Assembly: GCA_036172245.1 (NCBI GenBank)
Contig: JAYWIR010000039.1
Coordinates: 1,178,001-1,242,000, forward strand
Direction of reading: 5' to 3'
DNA: 64,000 nt
DNA from: Raillietiella orientalis
Lineage: Eukaryota
Shown here: positions 1-11,386 of the stretch, piece by piece
Numbering within the stretch: the first letter of the stretch is position 1
Layout of the letters: the number at the start of each line of letters is the position of its first letter
The notes under the pieces: generated by a model
What the model was told of the DNA's origin: nothing
The model's database searches: none
Seen by the model: only the letters and a program-made list of their open reading frames with translations
Made by a program: the position numbers and the translations under genes

Positions 1-570
1 CGCAAAGGTCGGGGTCGCGCGCCCAGCGACCTCGCTTCCCCGCGCTTCGTCGTCGCCGGAATCGCCTCCCGCGCAGCCGCAGACTTCCTCGGGCAGGACG
101 TGCAGGTTCTCTAGGGCGTCGTCGTCTTGCGTCTGGGACGCTGCGTCCCTCACCAGGGCGCCTCCGATCGGGGGATCCTCCGGAGCCGGCGAAGGTCCGC
201 CTATCGCCCCGGACGCCACCAGCCTGCTAGTCCAACCGCTGGACGTCCGGATGAACTTCATCCGGTTGCAGACGTGGAAGTCCTCGCACGTGACCTCGGT
301 GATCACCGTGCCATCCACTACGGCTCTCAGCCGAATGGGTTTCTCTGCTTCCCCGGGCTGCTGCGGCTGCTGCTGCTGGTGGCGGCGATGTTGATGGCGG
401 TGCCGATGATGCAGCAGACGCGGTCGCGGCCGCCCGCTGAGCTTCTCAGTGAGAGGAAGCCGCGAAGGCCGCCGCCTCCGGCAAGATCTCTGCCTCCCTC
501 CGGTGTCTCCGAGTTCCTTTGCATCGGCCCTCAGCCTGATGTGAAGCTTCAGCCCCCGACTCGCGTCCAT
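1..570 (-). CDS. 5' coding part of an unidentified host gene (190 codons, continues past window edge)
   Basis: Minus strand has a strong acceptor tctcttctttccctgcag| (AG at 620-619), an in-frame TGA, then ccagATGG at 570. The stop-free frame reads MDASRGLKLHIRLRADAKELG...HHRHRHQHRRHQQQQPQQPGEAEKPIRLRAVVDGTVITEVTCEDFHVCNRMKFIRTSSGW...VRDAASQTQDDD... to base 1. Confidence 0.6.
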   Translation of the reverse strand, partial: MDASRGLKLHIRLRADAKELGDTGGRQRSCRRRRPSRLPLTEKLSGRPRPRLLHHRHRHQHRRHQQQQPQQPGEAEKPIRLRAVVDGTVITEVTCEDFHVCNRMKFIRTSSGWTSRLVASGAIGGPSPAPEDPPIGGALVRDAASQTQDDDALENLHVLPEEVCGCAGGDSGDDEARGSEVAGRATPTFA

Positions 571-2903
571 CTGGCAGGCATCGTAGAGTCTCCAAGGAGA
601 CGGCGGATTTCACCGGTTCTGCAGGGAAAGAAGAGACAGGGTGTGACTGAGACAGGAAGGGAGGGAGAAGGGGGGTAGGAAAGCGAGCGACCGCTTCACA
701 GGCGCTGGCACCGCCTCAGCAACGCAGGCAACGCGAGACGTGAACGGCGGAGCCACAGAGCAGAATGCTCTCCTCGGAGTGGCAAGCTCCCTCTCTCGAG
801 GAAAAGCGGAGGTAACAATAGTGCGGAGGAAACCCTCGGGATGGAGCCGACCGAAAAGGAAGCGCGCCCACTGACGCACTGCTTTCCGTCCAGGACGAGC
901 ATCCCCACAGAGGCAGAGTCATCAGCTGCTCAGACGGCGGACCTATCGCGAAAGCTCCCTGGAAGGGGGCGAGACAGCGCCCTCATCTCTCCCTCTGGAG
1001 ATCGCACCTCCGTGGCCGTTGAGGATGGCACCGCGGTTTGGTTCCTCCAGAAGAACAGAGGACTGTGTCGGGGACCAGGAGAAGGGGGTGCGTGGGACTG
1101 TCCCAGCAAGGAAGAGTGGGAAGGGAAGAAAGGTCTCCTCCTTCGCGCTCTCCTCCCTCCCCTCCTCCTCGGCGGAGGGACCCTCCATGTCCGTCGGGAC
1201 TCAGGAGGGTCTCTGGCAGCTCTCCTTCCCACAGGCAGAGCTAGCTCCTTTCCTCCACATGTGGACAGTGTCCGAGATGGTCATACGGGTCAACCACCTC
1301 GAGGAGGAGACGCCACGCTCTTGGAGCTGCCGTGTCGACCCCTTACCCTCATCCAAACAGAGCAAGGGAGGATTCGAAGGGCGGAGAAAACAAAGGCGAC
1401 CGCAGTGCCAGGGAGGCTGTGCTGACGTTTCGGCGAAGCCGCACCCGTCCTGCGGTTCCCGTGGATGACGCGCGCCGCAGAGGACAGCTCGTCACGTAGG
1501 CGACCCCCACTACGTATGTGGAGGAAAACGCCGCCGCCAGTGCCGTTGTGTGTCCGAGGGAGACGCAAGCGGGAACTCTACGGCGTAACTCTTGGAGGAC
1601 GACGTCCCGGAGGCGCCTCGTAGACCTCCGCGGGAGACGGCAGCGAGGGGGCGTTCCGGACAGCGCCCGTCGGCAGGATACCTGTGAGCACGTAGGAACG
1701 CCAAACCCCTGTCGAACCCTCCGCTCGCCTGCATTACCTCTGCGGCTCAAGTCAGAGGGCGACCGGGAGGCACGCCTGGGCGGGTTCAAGCAAGCTGACT
1801 GCTGGCCGGTCCACCGCGCCTGCGTGAGGCAAGGACTTCCTGCGGCCCAAGGGGAGAAAGGAGGGAGCGAATCACTTCTTCTCTTCCCCGCTCGCGTGGA
1901 GTGCGGTCAAAAGGTTGAGAAGGTGACCAGCCCGGCGTGACTTGCCGCGGCCTCAGGGCTCTTCGGGGGAGACAACATTGCTTGGTTCCGTCCGAGCGAA
2001 GAGCCAACGCGACACGCGAGACGCGCGCAGGACCGGACCGGAGCAGGGTCGCAGTGCCCGGCATCGCTTGCAGGCGGAAGGGCAAGGACGGACGCCCCAC
2101 TCCTCCGCCCCTTCCCCTATCGGGTGCGTCCATCGCGGCCGCGTTTAGCACAACCGGCGGCTGCCCTGGGCGCATCTCTAGACGCGGGAGGGTCACCGCT
2201 CGTCCGAAGGCGCGCGTGCGGCTTGGGGGTGGCGCTTCCGGCTCCCCGAGGAACTCCTCGCACGCGCTACAAAGTGATACAATGTAACTCAGCGGAGGGA
2301 GAGCTTCGCGCTCGCCGCCACGAGAGGCGGGCCTCTCTGGGTGCGCATGCGCACCCTGACGCTCGGGGCCGGACCCGGTTCCGTGGCTCGGGGGTCGGAG
2401 GAGTGTCATCCCCAATTCAAGGCTGCTTTCATGCACGGGATGCATCGCCGGGATCCCCTCGGCGAGAGGGGACGCCATTCGGCTGCTGGATGCACCGCGT
2501 TGATGGAGCGGTCCGAAAAAGGCCCCTTGCCAAGGACGCAGAACCCGGAAACCCAGGAGCAACCCCTCGCCTTCGTGGAAAGTGACCACCGGTCGCATGC
2601 TTTTAGCGGCCGTCGAAATTTATTTGTCCTCCCGTTTACAGGTGGGGAAGGCTTCCGCCGGGATTCCCCAGGCTGACTCGTTGGACACGAACCGATCGAG
2701 TCGAGGGGCTCCCGAATAGATCCTCGAGATCAAACGAAAGTCGAGAGTGACGATCTCACGGTGTCCTTCCGAAGGGTGGAACCTCCAGCTGGTCACGAGA
2801 CGTACTTTTGCGAAAGCCCCTGCCGGGATCCTTGCTCCCGGATCCGCGTCCAGACCCGACTTTTACATCCATGACCTGAACACAAGGAATCGGGCTGGAG
2901 CAA

Positions 2904-3720
2904 ATGCAAGATACCAGGGAGAAGGTGGTGGTCGATGACCGCACGACCGCTCCGGGAAGAGCAGCGAGCTCAATCGCCTTCCTCGGAGTGGAGGGAAAAG
3001 TCTTCGCGGTGGAGGTCCCCACTCTTGCGCCCGTGGCCTCGGAAGAGTGGAACGTCGACGACGCTGGCCGCTTGGTTACAGCTGGAGAGGAAGGCCGGAT
3101 GGAGGCTTTTCTTCAGGCTAGTATTCCGCGCTCCGTCCGCGATCCAGAAAATTTCTGCGCCAAATGGCCTCGCGGATGCCCTAGGAATATTCGAAAGACT
3201 CGGAAGCGCGCTTCGGCTAGGTCCTTGCTGCGGCGCCTTTCTCACGGGAACCCCCCGCACCACCCTGAGTGGACAACCCGCCCACGTTCGAAATGGCAAG
3301 TCTCACGCTCTGACAGAGCGCGTTCCTTCCCTACCCTCAGGGACCGGAAGAGGAAATCAACCATCGACCCTTCGGTTCGGATGGAAAAGAGTTGCCACCA
3401 CCGGGTAGTCGCGGTTCACCACCAATCTTCTTGCGATGAACATGACAGAGAGCTGATGTCCTCGCCCTCACCAAAGACCGAAAGGCGCCCTTCGATGGGA
3501 GCGATCATCTCCTTGGACCATCTCCCACAGGCGATCTCCTCGTGCACCTCGAGGGTGGGCATCCCCCCAGAACCGCGTTCTTTTCGCGTGGGAGATTTCC
3601 CGGATTACCGACCAAAGCGGAGGTCTCCTTCCAAGCGCCCTCCTCCTCTGACCATCCCCCGAGGCGAGCGAGGAGTGGAACAAACCGCGCCGAGCATTTC
3701 AAAGAAGCGGGAGAGACACG
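2904..3720 (+). mobile_element. Degenerate non-LTR retrotransposon RT remnant, HERO-like
   Basis: Colinear weak motif matches in ORF 2904-3725: SIAFLGVEGKVFA (~PISLLNVEGKIF), LQASIPRSV (~LANAYGSV), TIDP (~TISP), PRSFRVG (~KSRSLS). Confidence 0.4.
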
Positions 3721-4029
3721 CTTGAGAAGGAACGGAGGAACAATCTTGGCGCATCGGCTCTGCAAATTCTTCTTCAGTTCCCCTCCCCAATGGCCTTTAC
3801 ATTCGGCTGCTCCATTTCTTTTGCTTCTATTCTTCTTAAAATATCTTGTATAAGTAGCTGAGGGAGAATCCTTGCTATGGGTTAGGAGCATGGAAACTTC
3901 TCAGCACACCCGGGAGGTCCTCATCCTCAAGGTGTCACTGGACCAGCTGTTCGGTTGAAGGAATCGAGCGTGCTTTTCCGATCACGGCCGTGACGTTTCT
4001 GTCTTCGCTGTTTTCCTTCCAGCTTTCTT

Positions 4030-4725
4030 TCTTTTTCGGATTTTCCTTTTTTTGAGGTTCGCCTCAGGAACCGTGGGAGAGCAGCGAGCCTGGCGGCGGC
4101 TCACGCAGCTCTTTGACGCTGTTACACGCCACCTGAGGGCGCGCGTCATTCTTCGAGATGGGGGGTTACCCTGGGAAGGGGCCACCCTATGAATCCAGGA
4201 AGGGCTCCGGAGAAGGGAGTCCTGGGGAGGGACTCCCTTCTCGGGAAGTCAGGAAGGAGAAGGATCCCCGAAGGGAACCTCTTCCTTGTCTCTCCAGAGG
4301 GACTCCCCGCAAGGTAACTGCTTCTGTTTACTCCTTCGAAGACAACTCCGAAGGGGGTTACTGAATTTTCCCTGAAGGGTGCTCGCCGAAGAGAGCGGCA
4401 CGCTTCTTTGCACTCTGGCCGTCATCAATCCTCCAGCTCCATGGCACGAGACGAAGAGTCCCCACCCCCTTTGGGAGGGAGAGGTCCGCTCCTTTGAACA
4501 ACCGACTCTTGGATGGACCCCCGAGGGTCGACTCCCAATCCCGGCCACTCATCGGGGCATCCGGTTTTTCAGCTTCCACTAGCGCCTCATCCGAATGCAG
4601 ACCAACCAGCGTCATCTTGCGGGAGGAACTCCAACCCACAACGCACCCATTTCTCGGTGTCTAAGGGAGTATTGGAACCCTGGGCGCTTGGTGCTACACC
4701 CGGAGACCGCAACCACGCAGCCGTA
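4030..4725 (-). mobile_element. tRNA-derived SINE family A, near-full-length copy
   Basis: Shares GACTCCCAATCCCGGCCACTCATCGGGGCATCCGG and CCAACCAGCGTCATCTTGC with other copies. Degenerate B-box at ~4665-4680, CTATGAATCCAGGAAGG 3' block, T-rich tail at left. Confidence 0.8.
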
Positions 4726-7700
4726 GTGTTTACTTGGTAAGCCATCGGAGGTCCAGCAACCACTGAGGGCAATGCTGCAACCCGATGGCAAGAGTCATGC
4801 TTTGAACCCGAACCAACATCAGTCGTTTGGCGGGCGAGTTTTTGCTCTGTCTTGCAGTTCCTCAGTGTCACTTTTTTATTTTTTTAATCTGGTTCTTGTA
4901 CTGGTGCACTTTTCCTAGAGTCGCATCCAAGAGACCTCTCGGTCGCCATTGTGAGGTGGAACGAGCAGAATCAGAGTCCTCAAAGGCGAGGACGGCATTC
5001 TCCCGAGACGGTGAGGTTCGCGCTGGGCTACGAGCATGCGCACAAGGTGAGGACCTTTAAGAGGCAGTTCACCGACGGAAGTGAAGAGGCCTCAGTGGTC
5101 GGAGGGCAGTCCGATGCAGGTCTCGGCGAGCAGTTCCTCGAAGGAAGTGGGTTTGGCAAGAAGAAAATTCGCATGTGATCCACGTGGATAGAGGAAACGA
5201 CTGCCAGCGATCGATTTCGACTCGGAGGCGAAAAAGCCACGTCCTCCTCGTTCAAACGGGAATCTCATGCTTTCAGGCGAAGCAAGAAGTGCTCTGGAGA
5301 CAGCTGTCGCCAAGGTCTCGCTTTAGAATGCCCCTTCCATCTGTTTCTCCGGAAACCGCTAAGGTTTTCCTTTCAGGAATCTGCTCCCCTGGGGCGCACC
5401 GAGCTCACTTACCTACGAGAGGAAGGTAGGGCGATACCCACGCATATCGAATTGCCCAGAGAAGAAATGTACGCGCAGTGGCTCACGAGGAACGGAATGA
5501 ACTTCGGACACGTGAAGATCACGCGGGATGGTCGCAGAACGGAGACACCGAAAGACCGAAAGCGAGGAGCGATGTCCGTGCACGCGCACGAGGACAGCAG
5601 AAACCTCTGCTGGACGGAAAACGCTGGAAGAAGAAGGAGAGATGCAAAAAAACTCGTGGCGGGAGGTTTTTCTCGTAATCGTTGTCAAGGGGTTCCCTTT
5701 CCTCCTTGCCGTAGGTGTTCAAGCGAGCCGGCCGTTTGCAAGGTCTGCGAAAGGGCCGCCGCCAGTTTTAATCCGAAGGCAGCCCAGCAAGGGCTTGGAA
5801 GGGAGAGCAAGGCGACGAGTCAAAGCTACCCCTCTGCTCAGACAAGGGACTGCCGTAATGCATATGTGTATAAACCCACACGCACGCGTACACAGTCAGG
5901 TCCTCGCGCCGAAAACGGTGGTCTTTGTTTCTCTGCAGAGCCACAGGGGAAAATCGTGGAGTCAGCAGCATTAGCCGAACCATCAAAGAGTCAGTTTCCT
6001 TTGCTGTCCACTGCAAGAAGGAGGAAAGCTGCTTCGGGAACCCAGCGTGTGCGTGCTCCTTGCCCCGATTCGTAGAGGTCAACGAAGAGTGGAGACTGGC
6101 GTGGGATAAACCACAGGTGCACCGTTCCCCATGTTGCGGTGATGCAGGTGACGTGAAGCGGACGCGTCCGGAATGCGGCACTGCCGTTCCGGACGTCGGA
6201 GTGGGAGAATTTGCGTCAACGAAAGCTCGCCCGTGAGGAAGGCGGCAGCGGGCAAAGCGGAAGTGAACGGAACCCCTGCTCGGGAACAAAAGGTCATTTG
6301 CCCCACGAGGGAAACAACTCGCGCGACGCAGATCAAGCATCCGCCCAGCCTGTAGCACCCTATTTCGCTGCGGAGACCCCACGAGGCAGGGCTCTCCTGT
6401 TCCTGCAAGCTTCCCTTCCATCCGCGGTTCAGGCAAGTTTTCCCTCCAAGCGAGGGAACGCGCTCGTGGAGAGCCGGGCTCGGATCCCCAGAAACCAAGG
6501 GCCACCTCCACTCAGAGTTGCTTCCTCCAGACTGCAGGCACACGGGCTGGCGGCTGAGGAGCACGGCGAAGGAAAGAGAATCCATTCCCCAGTGTTCCTG
6601 GAAGCAGGGTGCACCGGCATCTCCACCTGCTTCGAAAGAAGTGGACAGTCCGGCTCCTGCGCCTCCCTTTGGTCCTCTGTCCACGGAATTCACGCACACT
6701 GAGCCATGAGAAGCAAATAAAGCAAGAAACTGCCAACAAAAAGAAAACTTCCGAACACGTCTGGCGCTCCTCGAAACACGTCCCGAATCCCGGAAGTGCT
6801 CCGGAACGAACGAGCGTTTGAAACAGGAAATCCGGACGCTGAAGGTTGGCTGGAACACTCAAGCGCCCAGCGTGGTGCTTCCCATCTTCCTTTAACGAGC
6901 AGGAGCTTCCCATTTGCCTCGAAGCCTCGACCACGTGGTCGGGTCCTGCCGTGCCACTGGGACCGCCACCGCCTTCTCTTCGCCGACGTGCTGCTGCGCG
7001 TTCCTGGGACTGCTGTCCCCAAGATGGCATTCGGACGACCTCAGAGTGGTCGTGGATCGATCCATGAGGGAGTGGATCCTTCGTTCTGTAGCTTTCTCTG
7101 CTTTTCAAAATGCCCGATTCCTTTTACCGCGACCCTTACGGGGGGTCCATCGGAACACCGCTCTATCCATCTGGATGAAACCACCACTCCCTGATGGCGA
7201 CATGGCTCCAGAGTTCATTTGCGAACCGCTCTTTTGCCACTTCTAAAAAAAAAAAAAAGATTTCTTTCGCAGACCTTGGAAACGGCCTGTTCGCTTGACA
7301 CCCACGGCAAGGAAGGAAGGCAACCCCTTGACAAAAGTCTCCTTAGCAACGATTACGGGAACATCGCTTCTCTTTCGGTCTTGCGGTGTCTCCGTTCAGC
7401 GCTAGATGGGAGCTACTGCTGCGTACTCTCCGCTGCGGATTCTGCGTCTTCGCCGCAGCAGCAGCACCATTCCCGAGTTGCACCGACTGTCACGACCGAA
7501 TACGCGTGGCGCGCGCGTGTACGAAGCGTGGTTCCCAGAGGCGCCGCCGCCGAAGCCGAGGCACGGAATCGCCGGCGCATTCGTTCTCTGAGCGTGAACA
7601 CGGTGGGTCCTTTCGCTCCCCGCCCCCCCTCCCTCTCCTTCGTAGGTCGCTCTGGCGGCTTGGAGAGAAATTCTTTGCTCTTCCCGGTTTCGGTCCAGCT

Positions 7701-8912
7701 CGGTGAGTGGCCCTTCTTCTTGGTACTCCTCTTCGCACTTGCAGCTCCCGGAGCAAACAGCCTTTTTTTCTTTTTCTTTTTGCGCGTTCCGAACACTTCG
7801 CAGTGAGCTTCCTGGACCTCTCGCCAGGCGAGAGATGATGGGAGGCTTCTTTCGAATTGATGAATGGCGAATTTCCAGTGGACCCCCAAGCAAATGACGT
7901 TCGGGAAGGCAGCCCGGGCGTCCCCATCCGGCATGCATCCCGCTTGCCGCTTCCTCTAATCATGCAAGAACCGTTAACTGCCGGCTCCGTATCGCATGGC
8001 CGTTGCCTATGTGGGAATCGGCCGCGCCAAGATGAACTCTGTTTACCGCCGTGTCGCCTGCCCTCGCCGAATCGATCAACATCTTAATCAGGGGTGCCAG
8101 AGCGTTGCGGCGAAAAGTCTCTCTCGTCCGAGTGACCGAGTTCGCGGTCGGATCTGCTAGCGAGGGGGAGGGAAGAGGGGTGAGAGGCGTGGGGGGATGA
8201 CAGAGAGCCACCGGCACGCTTCGGTTGCACCGGCACCAGCACGCTTCACTCGGCCCCATGCAGGCAGCGCGCGCTCTCCGCAGGCGAGCGATCGCAAGCA
8301 ACCGACCGGAAGTGGCACTCCTTCGAGACGGAGAGGAACGAACAGCTATCCGAGCCAGTGTTCTCCCACCCCCACCCACCCCTTTCTTTCCCTCTTTTCA
8401 CGCGCCATGACAGTGTCGCGCACCGCAGTGCCTGCAGAAACACCTGGGATCACGGAGGTGCCGAGAGACCGACCCTTCAGCCACACACGGACAAAGCGCG
8501 CGGTTGGCGCTCGCGGCGCCACTACGCAGAGGGTGACCATCGAATCGAATCGAATGGGCCGCAGGACAGACTCCGCCGTGACCCACGGAGCGCCGAGGTG
8601 GGACGAGGCGCGCCTCCGGAGGCGACTCGCTCCCCGCGGATGGATCCTCGTTCCGAGTCATCTTCCTCTTCCCCCTCCATCCACTGCGTACGGCTTCCGG
8701 AACCGCCAGGCGCTCGGCGGAACGCGAGCGGACTCTCCGCGCGCCTGGAGCGCTCGGGAACGAAGCGCCGCATGGGGAACACCGTCGCACTGGCAGTCGC
8801 GGAGCAACCGCGGTCTCACGACTCCGAGGAGACCGTTGCCTCCCGTGGAACGCGTGGAGCGGGTCCGGAAACCCGGGATATCCCACGTCATGCGCACGGA
8901 TCGCAACCACAA

Positions 8913-9405
8913 GGCCCGCATTGGCGGACGTGTGGCTGCGGTCTCTGCATGCGTAGTACCAGGCGTCGCGGGTTCGAATCCCGCCCGGGGAAACATGGAT
9001 GCCGAGAAGTGGAGGGTGTATCATGGGTGTCGATTCCCCCCCCCCCCTTGCAAGATGGAGCTGGTTGACGGGTGCAGCACTGGTGGAAGCCGGATGCACC
9101 CTCTGACTGGCTGGGATGGGAAGTCCCGTGGTCCTTCCAAGAATCAAAGAGTCAGTTCCCTTTGAGGTTGCCCTCTGGATGCAAATGGAGCCGCCCTTCC
9201 TCTCAGCGGTCGACCCACCATCGAGTGTCATGAAACTGGTTGGATGACACCTCTCCGGAGTGTCGAGAAGCGCTCTCCCTTCCCTTCGGGGAGCGACCCT
9301 TCATGGAAAAATGGGGAAACGTCCCTTCGGGGTTCTCTTGAGAAGTGCAGAACAAGAGAGGATCCTTTCCGGGGGGTCCCTCCGAAGAGGAAAAAAAGAA
9401 AAAAT
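8913..9405 (+). mobile_element. SINE family A copy with best-preserved tRNA head, 3' end missing
   Basis: A-box-like TGGCGGACGTGTGG at ~8922 and B-box GGTTCGAATCC at 8971-8981 inside a GCGGG/CCCGC T-stem. Followed by the family core (GCAAGATGGAGCTGGTTG...GGAAGCCGGATGC) and CCCTTCGGGG hairpins. Confidence 0.85.
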
Positions 9406-10326
9406 CTGGGAGGTGCTCTCGAGATCCACCTCGCGGCCGAGATGCAATCTCGACGCCTCCTAGCGGGCGCCGTGGCTGTCTCCGGTCAGGCCGGGAGCCA
9501 GGGAGGATTTTGCGGCGAGATGATACGGAGCCATCAAGATGTTTCGTGTTGATCGCGGCCCTATAGGACCGAAGTGGCGCGCACGGGGAGAGGGAGGGAG
9601 GGAGGGAGGGAGGGTTGCCTCACCACTGACGGCAGCAGCAGTGTGGAGAGACTGAGGAAGGCATGGTAATTTGAGCTTCGAGTTTTGAGGGAGATTCAAC
9701 TTGGGAAATAGGAGGGGGGTGGGGTGGACCCGAAGGCCGCGGCAGGATAGAATGGGCGAGGGAGGGGGGAAACAAGTGCGATCTGCGGTTTGAAATCACA
9801 GGCTGCTTTAAAAAAAAAAAAATCGATGCGAAGCGCGCCATCTCTTAGACGGAAGGGTAAGAGAAGAATGAGCTCCTCTGAAGGGAACCTCCCCATAAAA
9901 GAAAAAATGAAAAAAAAAAAAAACCATCTGGGTCAGGCCCTAATCAATTTTCGAGCCATCGATCTCAGATACTTCAATGCGCAGTTTCGGAGGCTCTCTC
10001 CAGAAACGGGAAGCACCGGGCCGCCATCACGAAAGGATGCTCGGCGCTGTCCGCGATTCGGACGTCCATCCTCCCAGGATGGGGGCTGGCGGGAAGGAGA
10101 CCTCAACGGCTCGAGGTCCGGAAACCACTCTCAAAGGCTGGGGCGGGGGGAGGATCACTGCTACCCCCACCCCACCCCTTTCCCCGCGCGCGCGCGCCCG
10201 GCGGGGAAGCGGGGAGCGAAGGAGGAAGCGCATGGGGCCGGCACTCACCCCGGCCGGCTGGAGAAATCTCGGAAGTGTTTTCCCTTCGCAAGTGGAGCAC
10301 AGCCAAGCGCAAGCAGGATCCCCAGA

Positions 10327-10440
10327 AACCCGTCAGGGGAAAGAAGAAGAGTAGTCTCCGCGCAGGGAGGAGAAGCGAACGACCTCCCGGTGGAATTCCG
10401 GCACCCCTCCTTCCTTCCTGTGGCCCCACTGGAAGGATCC
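10327..10440 (+). repeat. Short dispersed repeat B, copy 1
   Basis: AACCCGTCAGGGGAAAGA...GGAGAAGCGAA.GACCTCCC.GTG.AA.TCC.GCACCCC...CTGGAAGGATCC recurs at 14708-14808. Confidence 0.8.
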
Positions 10441-11352
10441 TCGTCAGCACGACGGCGGGAAGAGGAACGAGAGTCGCCTGTCAGCATCCTTCGTTGCGCA
10501 CGCGGGCTCAAGACTGCTTTTCGTCCCGTGCGCCCCCGTTTTGCCATCTTTTCAAACTCACTCCCAGCATCCCGACAGCACCCGGACCCTCCTCGGACGT
10601 CATTGCACATTCAAATCGCTTGCGTTCCAGAGAGAGAGAGAGAGGAAGAAAAGACGCGCTCGTTATCGCAGCCACACATCGAGCCGCACATCGTCGGCAC
10701 AGCTACTTGCACCGAAGATGCTGGATGCAGGTTTCCGGGTGCAACACGTCTTCTCCGGGGCGAGGCTCTGAGCCGTCGGTTGCGAGCCAGTGCCCCCCCG
10801 TCCGCGAGTCGTCGCCCGCCCTCCCTAGCGGCCGGCGGATCAGTTTCAAATAATAAGCAAGCAAGTAGCAAGATGGAAGCAGCCCCCTCCCCCTCCCCCC
10901 CAAAAATAGCTTCCGCGCCTCCGTGGAAACGCGAAGGCGTATCCAGCACGACCGCAATTTGCATGTACGAAAGGGATTTTTATTTGGTCTCGCGCGTACA
11001 ACCTCGTTTCCGGTACCTGTTGTCCGCGGCTCGGGTGTGGAAGGGAGGACGAAAATCCAGGAAGGACACGGCGGTGCGGATGAAGCTGCGATCCGCTGCT
11101 GCACGTTCCAGCGAATCGATTCCTTCGACGAGGAAGACCCGTGCTTCCGCTTCCCAGACCTGCCTTCTGGATGGGAAAGCCACAAAAGAAAAGAGAAGGG
11201 AAAAAAAAAAATGGCGGAAAGACCGCGTATCGCTTTTGCTGATGCGGTGGAGCGCGGAGGTCGTTTTTTTCGGTTTCCTTTCTGCCCTTCGTCTTTTCTT
11301 TTTCTTTTTTCCCTGCAAACACGGCGTTCAAAAATGGCAGACACGGTACAGA

Positions 11353-11354
11353 AG

Positions 11355-11386
<32 letters not shown>
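11353..11386 (+). repeat. (CAG)n trinucleotide tract
   Basis: Direct reading of gcagcagcag...caacagcagc. Confidence 0.9.

Noticed and set aside
5452..5540. AQWLTRNGMNFGHVKIT, resembling a T-box segment
   Set aside because: Too short, no splice context, and equally like a LINE RT motif.
7362..7371. ATCGCTTCTC, equal to the U2 snRNA 5' end
   Set aside because: Only 10 nt match and the following sequence diverges.
8913..8992. Functional tRNA gene
   Set aside because: Only the boxes and T-arm are good; there is no credible anticodon arm and it runs straight into a dispersed repeat body.
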